Assembly (NCBI RefSeq): GCF_038025025.1
Contig: NW_027117339.1
Location: 744,001-808,000, forward strand
Direction of reading: 5' to 3'
Length of the DNA stretch: 64,000 bases
Source: Phyllosticta citribraziliensis
Lineage: Eukaryota
The position numbers and the translations under genes are program-made. Position 1 is the stretch's first letter; each line of letters opens with the position of its first letter. The notes beneath the pieces are model-generated. The model did no database searches. It was not told where the DNA came from and worked only from the letters and a program-made list of their open reading frames with translations. This document shows, piece by piece, positions 1 to 10,973 of this stretch.

Positions 1-1559
1 CCCGTGGCGTTCGGCTGGCGACCCCGTTCTTGGACATCTTGCTGCCTTGTCGAGCTCCACCAGTGATTGCATTTCATCTGGTCCGGGGAGCATTGTAGGA
101 TATGGCTTACATATCCTACGCTTGATGAATACCGGAGACGAAACGCAGACCGCACGCGAAGTGTGTTCTTCCCCGAGATGGCGCAGGATCCTTGTCGACT
201 GCTTTCAAGATCGTTGCCATGCTTCGACGAAGACATTGGTTGTTTCTCGGAGCACAGGCGAAACCCTTGAAGACGATGAGGCCATAAGGGGATATAACCT
301 CTTGTTGACTGAAAACCCAGGCTATAATCACCTCTCTGCTCTAATTTCTTTGTTGCAGTCTTGATTTGGACCATTTCCCGCATGTAGGCTGTCGTGGCGT
401 TGTTGACAGCAGAGCCGAGGTACCAGGTATGTAAGGGTTCTCCCCAGCCTTTAAGTCGTCGTAAACAACTGATTTGAGGTGGTAGTAGAAGAACCACAGG
501 TATAGGTATGCTCTAGTTTGCGCAAGTGGCGAAGAAATGATGCCCTCATCTCTGCTCTGCTCCCATATGCCATGATGCAATGGAAGCTGCTTCGTATGGT
601 CGCGAGTCGACATCTCCAAAATCGTTTGTAAGAGCTCCAGATATCCGAATTGGAGTTGCGAGTACCATTCCAGATTGAGGTTCGTGGCATAGGAGGCCTT
701 TGGCGAGGGTTCGTCTTGATTCTCGAGTACCTCTGGGAGCAAGATTGCTGCCCTCCGGTGCTGCCATATTCGGCGCCAATCGACTTCAGGCTCTCTGGGA
801 GCTTTCCTGTGCAAGTCCTTTGCACCTGCCCTTCGCCAAAGTCAGCGAGATCCAATCTCTTGTCCATGTTCTTGGGTCGATCGATCTTCCATACCTGTCT
901 CCGTTGTACTCGAAGCAATCATGCCATGGGTTTGTTGTTTTTGGAAGCAATCATTGGCCTCGCAGACACATCCTGCTTTGTAAGTTGTAAAGCCCCAAGC
1001 TCTTCTTTGTTTCAGGGCTAATCGATGGTTGCAGTGTTGGGGTTGGATGCGCACTTCGGAGGACCTGGAGCTTGTGGTGAGTGTAACCATGGCACCAGCC
1101 TACGCAGACGATGTTGTGTCAAGCCGTGCCTCCATGTTCACTCACCCCTCAAGCAATGGATTCCTCTAGGAGCTGAGGCGTGAGAGCTCTGCTGGGAAAA
1201 AATGCCAGAAAAGCTTGAAGCATTGGAGAGAGCGCAGTCCTTTGTGTCACTCGGTTGCTCAACCTCGAGAGGTTTCTTGTCTTTCCCTATGTCGCCGGGC
1301 AATAACGGCGACTTACTCGCATCACAGCCGCACTGCGGCTCAAGAACATCGAGGGGTCGTGGCTGGTACTGATGCTTCGGGCAGGAGCAAGCCCACACCG
1401 TCCCTAAACAAATCTCGAGCACCCCTCTTCCCAAGTCCTCTTCCTCACTCGACTACCACCGCGCCAGATCACTTCAGCGCAGTCTGGACGATCTTGCGCT
1501 TCGCACTTGGCTTCCTCAACCTCCTCTTTCCGACATTCTCGAGGAGGAAGAGACCGAAA

Positions 1560-2862
1560 ATGGCTGACGACAGGCTCAAGGCGGCCTTCCTTGCCGACCT
1601 TGGTGTCGCCAATCGTGAGAAACTGCTTGCGGCACCCGACACTCGCGATGTTGCTCTTCGTGGACGCTTCAGGTCCAATGGCAGTGGCAACGCTACCGCT
1701 CAGCATCCCAATGGCTCTGGCGACGCCTCTGTCTCGAATTGGAATCGTAAGTCATTCCACACGCTGTCCATCTTCAGTCTCATCATTGCTAACTTGTTGA
1801 TCAACAGAATTTGCCAAGCACAACAAGGAGAACGTCGGAGACGGCGATTTAGCCGATCTTCACGGTGGCCAGTTGCACCGTCAGAACCGAGAGGCCATGG
1901 GCTACGGCAACCCGCGTCCTGCGCCAACGTTCAACCGTCCTACGCCAACGTTCAACCCCCGTCCCACGCCAGCGTCCAACACACGCCCTACTCCAGAGTC
2001 TTTCCCTCGTCCTTCGCGTCCGCACTACAGTCAGCCTCAGGACCATACCCCTCTCAACTACTATGATAGCCCAAGCCCCAACTTCCAAGCGCCCGCGCAT
2101 GTCCAGCCTATGGCCAACGGCAACGGCGCTAGAGGTGGCACAGAGGATGCTTTGGCATTGGCCCGCTCAATGCAATTGTAAGTATATTAGACCTAAAAAG
2201 ATCAACTCTGGCATTTCTAACAACCAAACAGTAAGGGCAGCTACGGCGGCAAGGGCAAAAGCGGCGGCATGCGTGGAAATGCCTCTCCCCGAGGCCCTCG
2301 TGGCGGATACGGAGGCTCTGACTTTCGTGGTGGCCGTGGAGGATTTGAACCTCGCACTGCCCGTGGTGGATACCCCCGTGGAGGCCCAGACTTCCGCGGT
2401 GGTCGTGGTGGATACGAGAATCGCGGCCCTCGTGGTGGTTCCTTGAGCAATGGAGGACCTGGCCACATTTCATCTGGCCTCGGCCGTAGTGGACATGGAG
2501 TCGACGGCTACGGCACCGGTAGAGGCAACGCCCGTCCAAGTGCGGCTGGACCTCGTGGAGGTCCTGCAGGTCGTGTTCCCAGCAGTCTCTCCTCTCGTGG
2601 CCGTGAAGAATACAACATTCGAGGCGCTGCATCTGGTCGTCCTCAGCGCTCTCTGAGGAGCAACGGAAACAGGGAGCCAGTCGTCCAAAACGGCGTGTGG
2701 ACTTGCACGGCAGACGACACCGAGCCTGTCTACGACAGTGACGAGGGAAGTGGTCCTCGCCAGCGCCCTCTTCCCGTCACGACGCGCCCTCAGCAGCTGG
2801 TGTCTAGCAAGGAGTTCATGTCTGCCATCATGGACTCGAAGTGGGCACCCAAGAAGCCTTGA
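1560..2862 (+). CDS. RGG/RG-rich low-complexity protein, probably RNA-binding (3 exons)
   Basis: ATG 1560. Introns 1747-1807 (GTAAGT..GCTAAC..CAG) and 2178-2231 (GTAAGT..CTAAC..CAG) join ORFs 1215, 1873 and 2269 in frame. Last exon has repeated RGG/RGGRGG. Confidence 0.75.
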
Positions 2863-3314
2863 GCTTGGCGGTTGAATACGAAATAGGGTCAGAAGAGTCT
2901 CGGTCTCTTCTCAAGATTATCGACACTGCTATGGACAGAAGGTTGCTTTCAACACTCTCGGAGGGACGGCAGGAGGAGAAAAAAATCAGTATCTGGCATC
3001 AACTTCCACTTGGATTTTGCACGGCTCTCAGAAGTAGATTTGCAGGGAATTGCGCGACGACTGCGGGGTAGATAATTCAGAAGAACATGCTCCCGCGACA
3101 GTGGACCAAAATGTGTTTCGTGACTTGTGAAATAGTCAAATATTTGAGTTGAGGTTGGGTTAGCCTCGCACAAACGCGGATCGCCTGCTAGCGGGAGCCC
3201 TTAGCCCTCCACGCTCGCTACGTCCCTTGCGCTGCCGTTACCGCATTCGCGCTCCACTCTCAAACACCACCACATAACCTCGATTCTGATTCCCTTGGGC
3301 CAACACCCACAAAC

Positions 3315-4975
3315 ATGGCCGGTTTTACAGCCATCACATCGCGCCCTTCGGCGGCAGCGACTGCCTCGGCCCCGCAAACAAACGAACCGCCTCCCAAGCA
3401 CACAACCCAAAGCCTTCCTGAAGTCGAACAGGCTTTCGCCGAACATCCAGATTTGAAGAAGCGCGTGTACAGCGCCATCGGTATGATCTTTCCTCGGCAA
3501 CCCCCGGATCATCGATGTGGAAATTTCCAGCCGACCAATTCTGACAAACAGCCTAAGCTAATGGTCGTTTGCGCAGATGAAAACCCCACCCACAAGCCGC
3601 TCTTCTCCTCCATCTCATCCTACATTCTGCAACTACACAACCGATCTGCGACTGTCAATGGCGCCGCTTCATCCGACGAGCCCGCGGCCAAGAAGCGCAA
3701 GTTGGAGGAACAACAACAGCAGCAGCAGCAGGCGGCGCGGGCAAATGGCGCTGGCGCCGGGTCGTGGGCAGACGCGAATGCGCCCGCAGATTTGACGGTG
3801 CCGGACGTGAGCTTCTCGATACCAGCGCGCAAGAAGTTTCAGTTGGAGGTGGTGGGCAAGGGCCCCGGTGCAGGAATAAGGGCGGTTGGTGCTGGCGGAG
3901 CCGTGGAATTCGGCGTAGGATTCGCAGATGTCGGTGAGTCCTGTTTCTACTTCGCTTTGGCGCTGCCAGACAATGTGAGAGCACTAACATTGTGTAAACA
4001 GACCAAATTTTCTGTCTCCCCATCCCCGAGAAGGCGAAGCGCCAGTGGAACTTTATCGTCATTCCCAAGAACAACGATGGTGTAATGACTGCAGCAGAGG
4101 ACGCCGATGTGAAAGAGCAGATTGTATGGACCTTCGCAGAGCCGTCAAATAAAGAGGTGGAGGCTGGTGCAGAGGCAGGACCTGAGCCGACGGCGGCGCG
4201 GCTTGATCAGTATCTAAAGAGTCATGGCAAGCGCGTTGTCTTCCCGACCAAGGCAGAATTCCAGAGCGCTATTCCGCAGGCCCACCGCAAAGGAGAACCT
4301 GGATCTCATGTCAAAGCTTTCAAAGGGAGCAAAGAAGGTATGCCTCGAGTCGAATTTACGTTGCAGTGATGGTACTAACACAGCATAGGATTCCTCTTCT
4401 TCACCCGCGAGGGTATCATCTTCGGCTTCAAGAAGCCTCTAATGTACTTTTCATTCGCATCCATCGACTCGATTTCCTACACCTCCGTTCTCCAACGCAC
4501 CTTCAACCTCAATATTACTGTCTACAATCCGGCCTCTGCAGACCCCAAGCCGCAAGAAATCGAATTTTCAATGATCGACCAAGCAGACTACAGCGGCATT
4601 GACAGCTACATCAAGAAACACGGCCTCAACGACGCAAGCATGGCCGTCCAGCGCCGCGCCCAACGGTACAATGTCAATGCCCCGACCCAAGTGAAGGGAG
4701 AAGATGGCGAAGACGCAGGAGCAGCGGATGAGGAAGAGGATGGAGTGACTGAGCTGGAAAAGGCGCAGATGATGTTGGAGGACCAGGAAGACGAAGAAGA
4801 AGAGGACTACGATCCAGGCTCCGATGGCGACAGCGAGGGCGAGGGCAGCAGCAGTGAAGAGGAAGAGTACGATGACGATGACGATGGCAGCCAAGAGCGC
4901 GACGAAGACGGAAACATCCTGCAGGACGAGCTGGGAAGCGAGGCTGAAGATGTCGAGATGAGCGATGAAGAATAA
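3315..4975 (+). CDS. RTT106: Histone chaperone Rtt106 (tandem PH-like domains, acidic tail)
   Basis: Introns 3481-3576, 3934-4001 and 4338-4388 give a continuous frame. Motifs [32 protein letters not shown] and [12 protein letters not shown], then a D/E-rich C-terminus. Confidence 0.88.
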
Positions 4976-6231
4976 GACTGGTCAACTGCTGTGCGATTAC
5001 TTCGGTCGGCTTGTCCGTCGGTTATGTTTCACGGGAATCGATATACCCTGTCGTATCAACTGGATTGAAAGAGGTGCATCAATTGCAGGGCCACGTCAAA
5101 TCCCATCATGTATTCTTCCTTTCATTTCCGGGATCCTTTCCGATCTTGTCTACTGGACGGCATAGAATAGAAATGCTGTTTAGACTGCTGGCTTATCGGT
5201 CATTCGTTTCCAACCTGGTATCGCGTTTGTGCTATTGTTGGCGTCACTGTTGAAAACTTTCCCGGAGTCCTGTTTGCCTTTGCTTTTACCGGCCACGATT
5301 CACGTACCAGGAAGCCAGACTCGGGAGCCAGACATACAAACAACATGTTCCGGTATTGCATCGGATCATGTCCAGGTTAATCAGTCACAACAGCAAGCCT
5401 GCCATCGCTCGATCGGAAATAGACCAGCTGTTGGTTTTGAGTGCGCGGAACGCTGCAAAGGATTCCGTGGGAGTGGTACGAGCGAGCGTGGGGAACGGGC
5501 CGGCGGGTATCTGGAGAATTCGGGACGAGCTCCGACGATGCGGGCGACATGTTTGCTGCTTTTCTGCGGGCTACGTGTGGCCAGTCGGACGTCAACATTG
5601 TCGAATGATGATGGTGGATTCTCATCTCGCGCCAGCCCGACGAGCCAGGGCCATCCGTAAGCGAAGCTCCGCAACTCAAAACTCTTCTGGATTTTCGACT
5701 TTTGGTGAATGAACCTCTGGAAACGTATCGATTGGCGTCGTCGTCCTTGCAGGCGAGGGTCGAAACCGGCACTCGGCCGTCGTTGGCGCCGTCTTCTGGC
5801 GCAAGGCTGGCAAAAGCGGAGCCCATGAATCGAGCTGCGGCGTAGCGACGACCAGGATGTTTGGTGGGGTTTCCCAAGTGTCAGATGTTGTTGCGGTCCT
5901 CGGAAACAGATGTCTTCGAAGGAATAGGGGCCAGTGGCATCGCTACATTTTGCCGCATTCGCGACGACGGACTTGCTGCTTGGTACTCAGAGCCAATGAC
6001 CAGTGGAGTCTCGTAGCGCTGGTTGAGAGAAAAAGCAAGGCGGGCTCGCTAGCGCTGTCAGCGACGATATTCTCGACTCTGTGCAGGACAGGACGACTTG
6101 GCCCATGGGGCAACGCCACAGTCTTTAACTGTCGTCCATCATCCCGCCAGCTCGGCTGCCATCCCCCCGCCAGCCTCGAACATATCCCCTTTCAAGTCCT
6201 GAACAGATTCCCAATCCAGTAACGCCGCGGC

Positions 6232-8028
6232 ATGTCCGAGTTCCAGTTCCTGACCACCTCGAATCCCGAGGACTTCAAAAAGGGCCGGTTCCTCAAGCAA
6301 ATCAGATCCCATGCTATGCTCAACGTCAAACAACGCGAACAGAAACAACACAACATCGTGCTCAGGCCAACCCAGCACAAGCGCACCGACTCTGCCACCC
6401 GCCCCTCCCGCCCCTCCCGCTCTGCACAGGGCGTCAAGGTACACAAGTTTGTGGCCCAGGACCCATCTACTGGAAAGAGGAAACGCAAGACTTTCAACGA
6501 AGATGAGCAAGGCCAGAAACAACGATCCAAGGCGGTCGCCTTGACGTCCAAATCACCCGAAAACATCTTTGCCAGATATGTCGACGCTGTGCAGTACAGC
6601 TCGAGCTTGCGGAAGAATGGCGTCGGCCTGGATCCCGTAAATTCCATGCCCGAGTTCTCCAACCCAAAAATCAGCGTGTGGGAACTCAAGCGGCGATTTG
6701 ATTTTCTGTTTGTTTCCGACGGAATGAAGCGGGGCTGGTACCCTGCCATGGACGGCTCTGCATCCGCCTTTCTCAGTACAGCCATGATCAAGAGCAGTTA
6801 TGCAGACATCAGTGCGGGATACGTCTGCGAAAGCCCAATGACGATGCATATCAAAGAGGAAATTTACTATCTCATGAAAAAAGACTTTGAAGATCTTCGG
6901 AGACGTACCGACACGGGCATGTTCATCACTATTGGCCAACTCCTCGTTTCTGAAGTCGTTCAAGGAGAAGAAAAAGTCATGCAAATCCATGAGACGGGAC
7001 TGAATTGGATGGTCGAGCAGAGGGGAGGGTTCAACGTTTTTGGCGGCCACGGAGTCGTCTCTGGGGCCATCATTTTCATCGTATATCTCTCGCTGATCAC
7101 TCGAGAAGGCCTTCCCCCTGGAGGGATCCGGTCACATCTGCACCGGGACATTTCGCCAATTCCCGTCGAAGAGCACGTTCCTGTCGAGTCGCCAATCTAC
7201 CTCCCGCGGAAGGACTTTTATACCATCTCTCCACTCTGCTCCGAGTTGACCCTCGTTATCCTCCGAGATATGGCAGCAATGACGGACAAGTTCCTGTCGT
7301 CGTGGGAGGTGGTCCAGATTGGCGATTCTCCTCCGTTCCTGTTGGAAAAAGCAGACATTGGCGCAGAGCTCTGGCTCTCCCACCAACGAATGCTCAACAT
7401 GCCGGTGTCGACAAAGACAGCCCTCGGCACCAACGACTACGTCTACGAGGCCTGCCGGCACACGGCAATCGTATATTCCTACGCGCTCGCCGCTCACATC
7501 CCCTTCTCCGTCGCCGGCAAACACTTCGAACACACCGCCACCACCGCATCCAATCCCTCCTCCTCCGACTTCAACGACCCCAGCGCCTCCCCCGACTCCC
7601 TCGACTCGCACTCCACCCATCTCTCCCTCGAACCCCTCAACAACGACGCCACGCACCCCTCCATCGCCATCCTCGCCGCCCTCCAGCAGACAAACCTGCT
7701 CAATGCCTGGGACGACCTGGTCGGCGTGCTCCTCTGGATCGCCCTCGTCGGCGCCACCGCCGGCCGCGCCTCGCCCTCGCCGTACCCCTGCGACGCGTGC
7801 AGAGCCACCCGCGCCGACGGCCCCGCCGCGCGCCTCGACTGCCGCCTCGCTGCTTGCCGCCGCGACTACCATCGCGCCCGCGCCCGCAAGAATCTCGCCA
7901 TGATTGCCGCGCTGTGCTGCATAAGACTCAATTTTGAGCGCGGCAAGTGGGTTTTCCCGCCGCTGCGGAACTTTTTGCGCGTTCAGGAGCTGTTGATGGG
8001 GGATCTGGAGCGTGTGGGCGCACGTTGA
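6232..8028 (+). CDS. Uncharacterised fungal protein, Fungal_trans_2/DUF3468-like, without a Zn2Cys6 cluster
   Basis: 598-aa single ORF. N-terminal FQFLTTSNP...IRSHAM and internal GLDPVNSMP / MVEQRGG / YEACR / LLWIALVG motifs are typical of this family. Confidence 0.65.
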   Translation: MSEFQFLTTSNPEDFKKGRFLKQIRSHAMLNVKQREQKQHNIVLRPTQHKRTDSATRPSRPSRSAQGVKVHKFVAQDPSTGKRKRKTFNEDEQGQKQRSKAVALTSKSPENIFARYVDAVQYSSSLRKNGVGLDPVNSMPEFSNPKISVWELKRRFDFLFVSDGMKRGWYPAMDGSASAFLSTAMIKSSYADISAGYVCESPMTMHIKEEIYYLMKKDFEDLRRRTDTGMFITIGQLLVSEVVQGEEKVMQIHETGLNWMVEQRGGFNVFGGHGVVSGAIIFIVYLSLITREGLPPGGIRSHLHRDISPIPVEEHVPVESPIYLPRKDFYTISPLCSELTLVILRDMAAMTDKFLSSWEVVQIGDSPPFLLEKADIGAELWLSHQRMLNMPVSTKTALGTNDYVYEACRHTAIVYSYALAAHIPFSVAGKHFEHTATTASNPSSSDFNDPSASPDSLDSHSTHLSLEPLNNDATHPSIAILAALQQTNLLNAWDDLVGVLLWIALVGATAGRASPSPYPCDACRATRADGPAARLDCRLAACRRDYHRARARKNLAMIAALCCIRLNFERGKWVFPPLRNFLRVQELLMGDLERVGAR

Positions 8029-8462
8029 CGGATGGCCTGGCGGAGAGAGAGATGAACTCGGCGCTTGGAGTTGTTTGTTTGTGCGGTGTTTGGGAACGAT
8101 TGACTGTTATTTCTTTTTCTTGTCGTGGCTTGGAGATTGCATGGTGTTTGGAGTCGTAAGAGAGGAAAGTTTATGGCGCATTTCATCCAGAGTTGAGAGC
8201 AACGCAATCAATTGCGTTTTCAGGGTCAAACGGGGCAAGAGGTCTTTGGATATATTGAATGTTTGCTAGACAGTGTCGTGCAATCGATTAGCGCACTTCA
8301 ATACTATCAGCTTCACGAATTGTACAACCAAACACCATGACCTCAGACAATTCTTCCGCGCCGTTCCAGTCAATCGGGGTGGCGATTGCGTCGCGTTGAG
8401 TTGCTCTCCACTCTGCGGTCACCTCATTCGTGTTCTGTGCGTCTGGTCCCTTCATGTCCTGT

Positions 8463-9070
8463 CTACCAAAGTTCTGGTGCTGACATTCTGAGAAGACGAT
8501 CCGGCATCCTTGGAGGCGAGGATCTGAGATCAGATAAGCATTTGCTTTTGCAGGCTTTGGGGGAGGGATGCCGCACGAGCGAATTTTCTTCGATTCCTGT
8601 ATGCGCCTCTGACCCCTCGATGAAGCCCAAATCATAAGTATAGGAGTCGCCTTTCGGCCAGATTGACAAGACTTCATAGATAGGCACAATTTTCGAATCC
8701 TCCTGTTTTTCTTCCAAAATGTAAACCGTGTCTTCCAATTCAAATCTGGGCGCCTTTTCTCAAATCAGATATGAAGCCACTGGTGAGCTGGAGGGATGGG
8801 ATTGCAAACCACTCGCTGCTTGAAAACTTTGTGATGCTTTGGTTTCTCAAGCGCCTCTTGTTTCTCGTGTTTCTCAAGCGCTTCTTGTTTCCAAAGCTTC
8901 TCGAGCTCCTCTTTTAGCCTGTGTGCCTCAAGCGCTTCTTGTATCTCGCGATTCTCAACCTCATGCTGCTGCTTTGCCGTTAGGTCGGGGGAGTAGCCGG
9001 GCTTGGGACAACCCTCAACCTCTCGTCTTTTGCCTTCAGCGATGTATTTCCGGAGTTCAGTTGGGTCCAT
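8463..9070 (-). CDS. Putative small hypothetical protein, probably two exons (charged QEALEK repeats, then a small beta-rich domain)
   Basis: ORF 8765-9070 starts with ATG and has QEALE(K) repeats. Adjacent ORF 8463-8738 (EDTVYILEE..YEVLSIWPKGDSYTYDL) looks globular. The splice junction was not resolved. Confidence 0.35.
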
Positions 9071-9424
9071 TTTGCTTTTGGAGCTAAGAAGAACCTAGAG
9101 GTGTGTTGAATGAGTGGCTTCTTTGAAGTGCTTGCCCAGATGCGGCGTCATATATACACAGGCAATGCTTCGTGGACGGTCAGCTTACGAGGAGACTGTA
9201 ACACCAACTATGCAGACTGTGCAGGCTGTAAAGTCTCAGCCTTGCACAGTCAACAAGGCTGAGCCAGGCCAACTTCGAAATCTCTCTGCGAATGGGAGAT
9301 ATTTTGGGACGGAGCCTGGCGCATTACGCAGGCTGACATCTCAGCCTCGCCGCCCTCAATAAGGCTGAGGCAGACCAGCTTCAAGATCGCTTTCTTGGAC
9401 ATCAACATTTTGGCCAGAGCTTGG

Positions 9425-10522
9425 ATGAACATGGACGTAGATGGTAAGAATAGGTTTGCCAATACAGAGACTGTTCTGATAAAATTCACCGCAGTGGAAA
9501 ACGCGGCAGGCGACGCAGGCTCACCGGTTCGAATGGAGCCCCAGCGGGCGACGGATGCGTTCCAGCACAGTATGCTTGATGACCTCTTGTATGTTGGACG
9601 ACATGTGTTTAATGAGCATCCAGCCAATCTGCGCGGCTACCCCGCTCTCGCGAATGATCTATGCGAGCCAGAGTACATGAGCTTCCGCACCTTCAAGCAC
9701 TTGCGGATGCGCATGTTGCTCTGGCAGCAATTCCACATTGCAACCCTAGAGAAAAAGCTTCAATCCCTCGACCAGGAAGACAATAAACAGCATCCCAAGT
9801 GGCTCATCAGCCAAGCAGCCGACAAGAACGAAGCAAGAAAGGAGCTTTTTGAGCACCTCAAAGTCGCTCTGGCTGAATATGGTGGATATTCACGTTCGAT
9901 TTCTGGTCACGGCTGACACAAAGTAGACGACTTACTGGCACGAACCAAGTCGGCTCTGTCGGAACCCAAGCCGACGCCCTACCGTGTCGAATGCGCCGAG
10001 CGCGCTGTAGCAAAACTTGCGAAGGCAGAACGAGACTACCTGAAGAAAGACCTCTTGGACATTGGCGGCACAAGTGATCCACGAATCGGCAAGATCCTGA
10101 GATTTACCGAGAAAGTGGTGAGATCGATGTTGAGACTTGAACTGTTCACAAGAGAGAAAGTATATGACCCTCAGACTCCCCCTTGAAGCACTCCTAGACT
10201 GCCAGTATTCAATTGACCAATGTGCCAGTGCTTCGGTGAAAAGGACATCCAAGAGACGTCTATGAAGACGTCCAATTTCTTGGCCCTGGCTCGCGCAATC
10301 GCCGCGTTACTCTCGGTCGTCATCCTCCTCCTTCCGATCCTTGTCCTCAACTTCGTGCAAAGCTCTGGGATGAGACTGCTCGTCGTCTTCATCTCGGCGG
10401 CCGTCTTCATATCGACGCTTACGGTGCTCACTCCGGCTGGGACGAGCGACGTCTTTGTCGCAGGCGCCACCTATTGCGCCGTTTTGGTGGTCTTCGTTTC
10501 CCAGACTGATGGAAGTGGGTAG
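9425..10522 (+). CDS. DUF6594-family protein with C-terminal transmembrane helices
   Basis: GYPALA..FRTFKHLRMRMLLWQQ..LEKKLQSLDQED..LKVALAEY in ORF 9395, and C-terminal hydrophobic LLLPILVL..FISAAVF..AGATYCAVLVVFVS in ORF 10220. Introns near 9882-9925 and 10116-10197. Start codon uncertain. Confidence 0.7.
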
Positions 10523-10973
10523 ATTTCTGCGACATGCTTCTTGTTTCCGCGACCTGGTCGTCTGAATGCTTCACACGCTTTCTGGGTGGAGAAGTGAAAT
10601 GCTCCTTATGTAAGAAGTCTCAAGGGGAAGGTCTTGACATGCAATTAAGCAAACTCAACACCATGCCTCCACAGTTCATCTAAAGTAGACACGGGACGAG
10701 GAAGAGCCAATGTAGAACGGCAGAGCAAGTTATTTGTACGCGGTACCTACTCGAATCGCGAAACGAAAGACTTCGAAACAATGACTAAACTACCTACCAA
10801 CCCGATTCGATTCCACTTTGCGTCCAGCATGCTCCGTCAACGCCGTCAAAGCCCACACTGTACAAAAGTGATGCCCAGAATAAAACGAGAAAAAGAACCC
10901 ATTAAAAGCAGACCGATCATCCAATACACAATGCATGTCCTCGTCCCAAGTCTAAAGTGGAGATGCGAGAGAT

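Noticed and set aside
1..1090. Possible minus-strand gene (ORFs 842-1090, 451-918, 341-814) with an intron-like GTATGG..GCTGAC..AG
   Set aside because: No convincing spliced frame or recognisable domain could be built; left unannotated.
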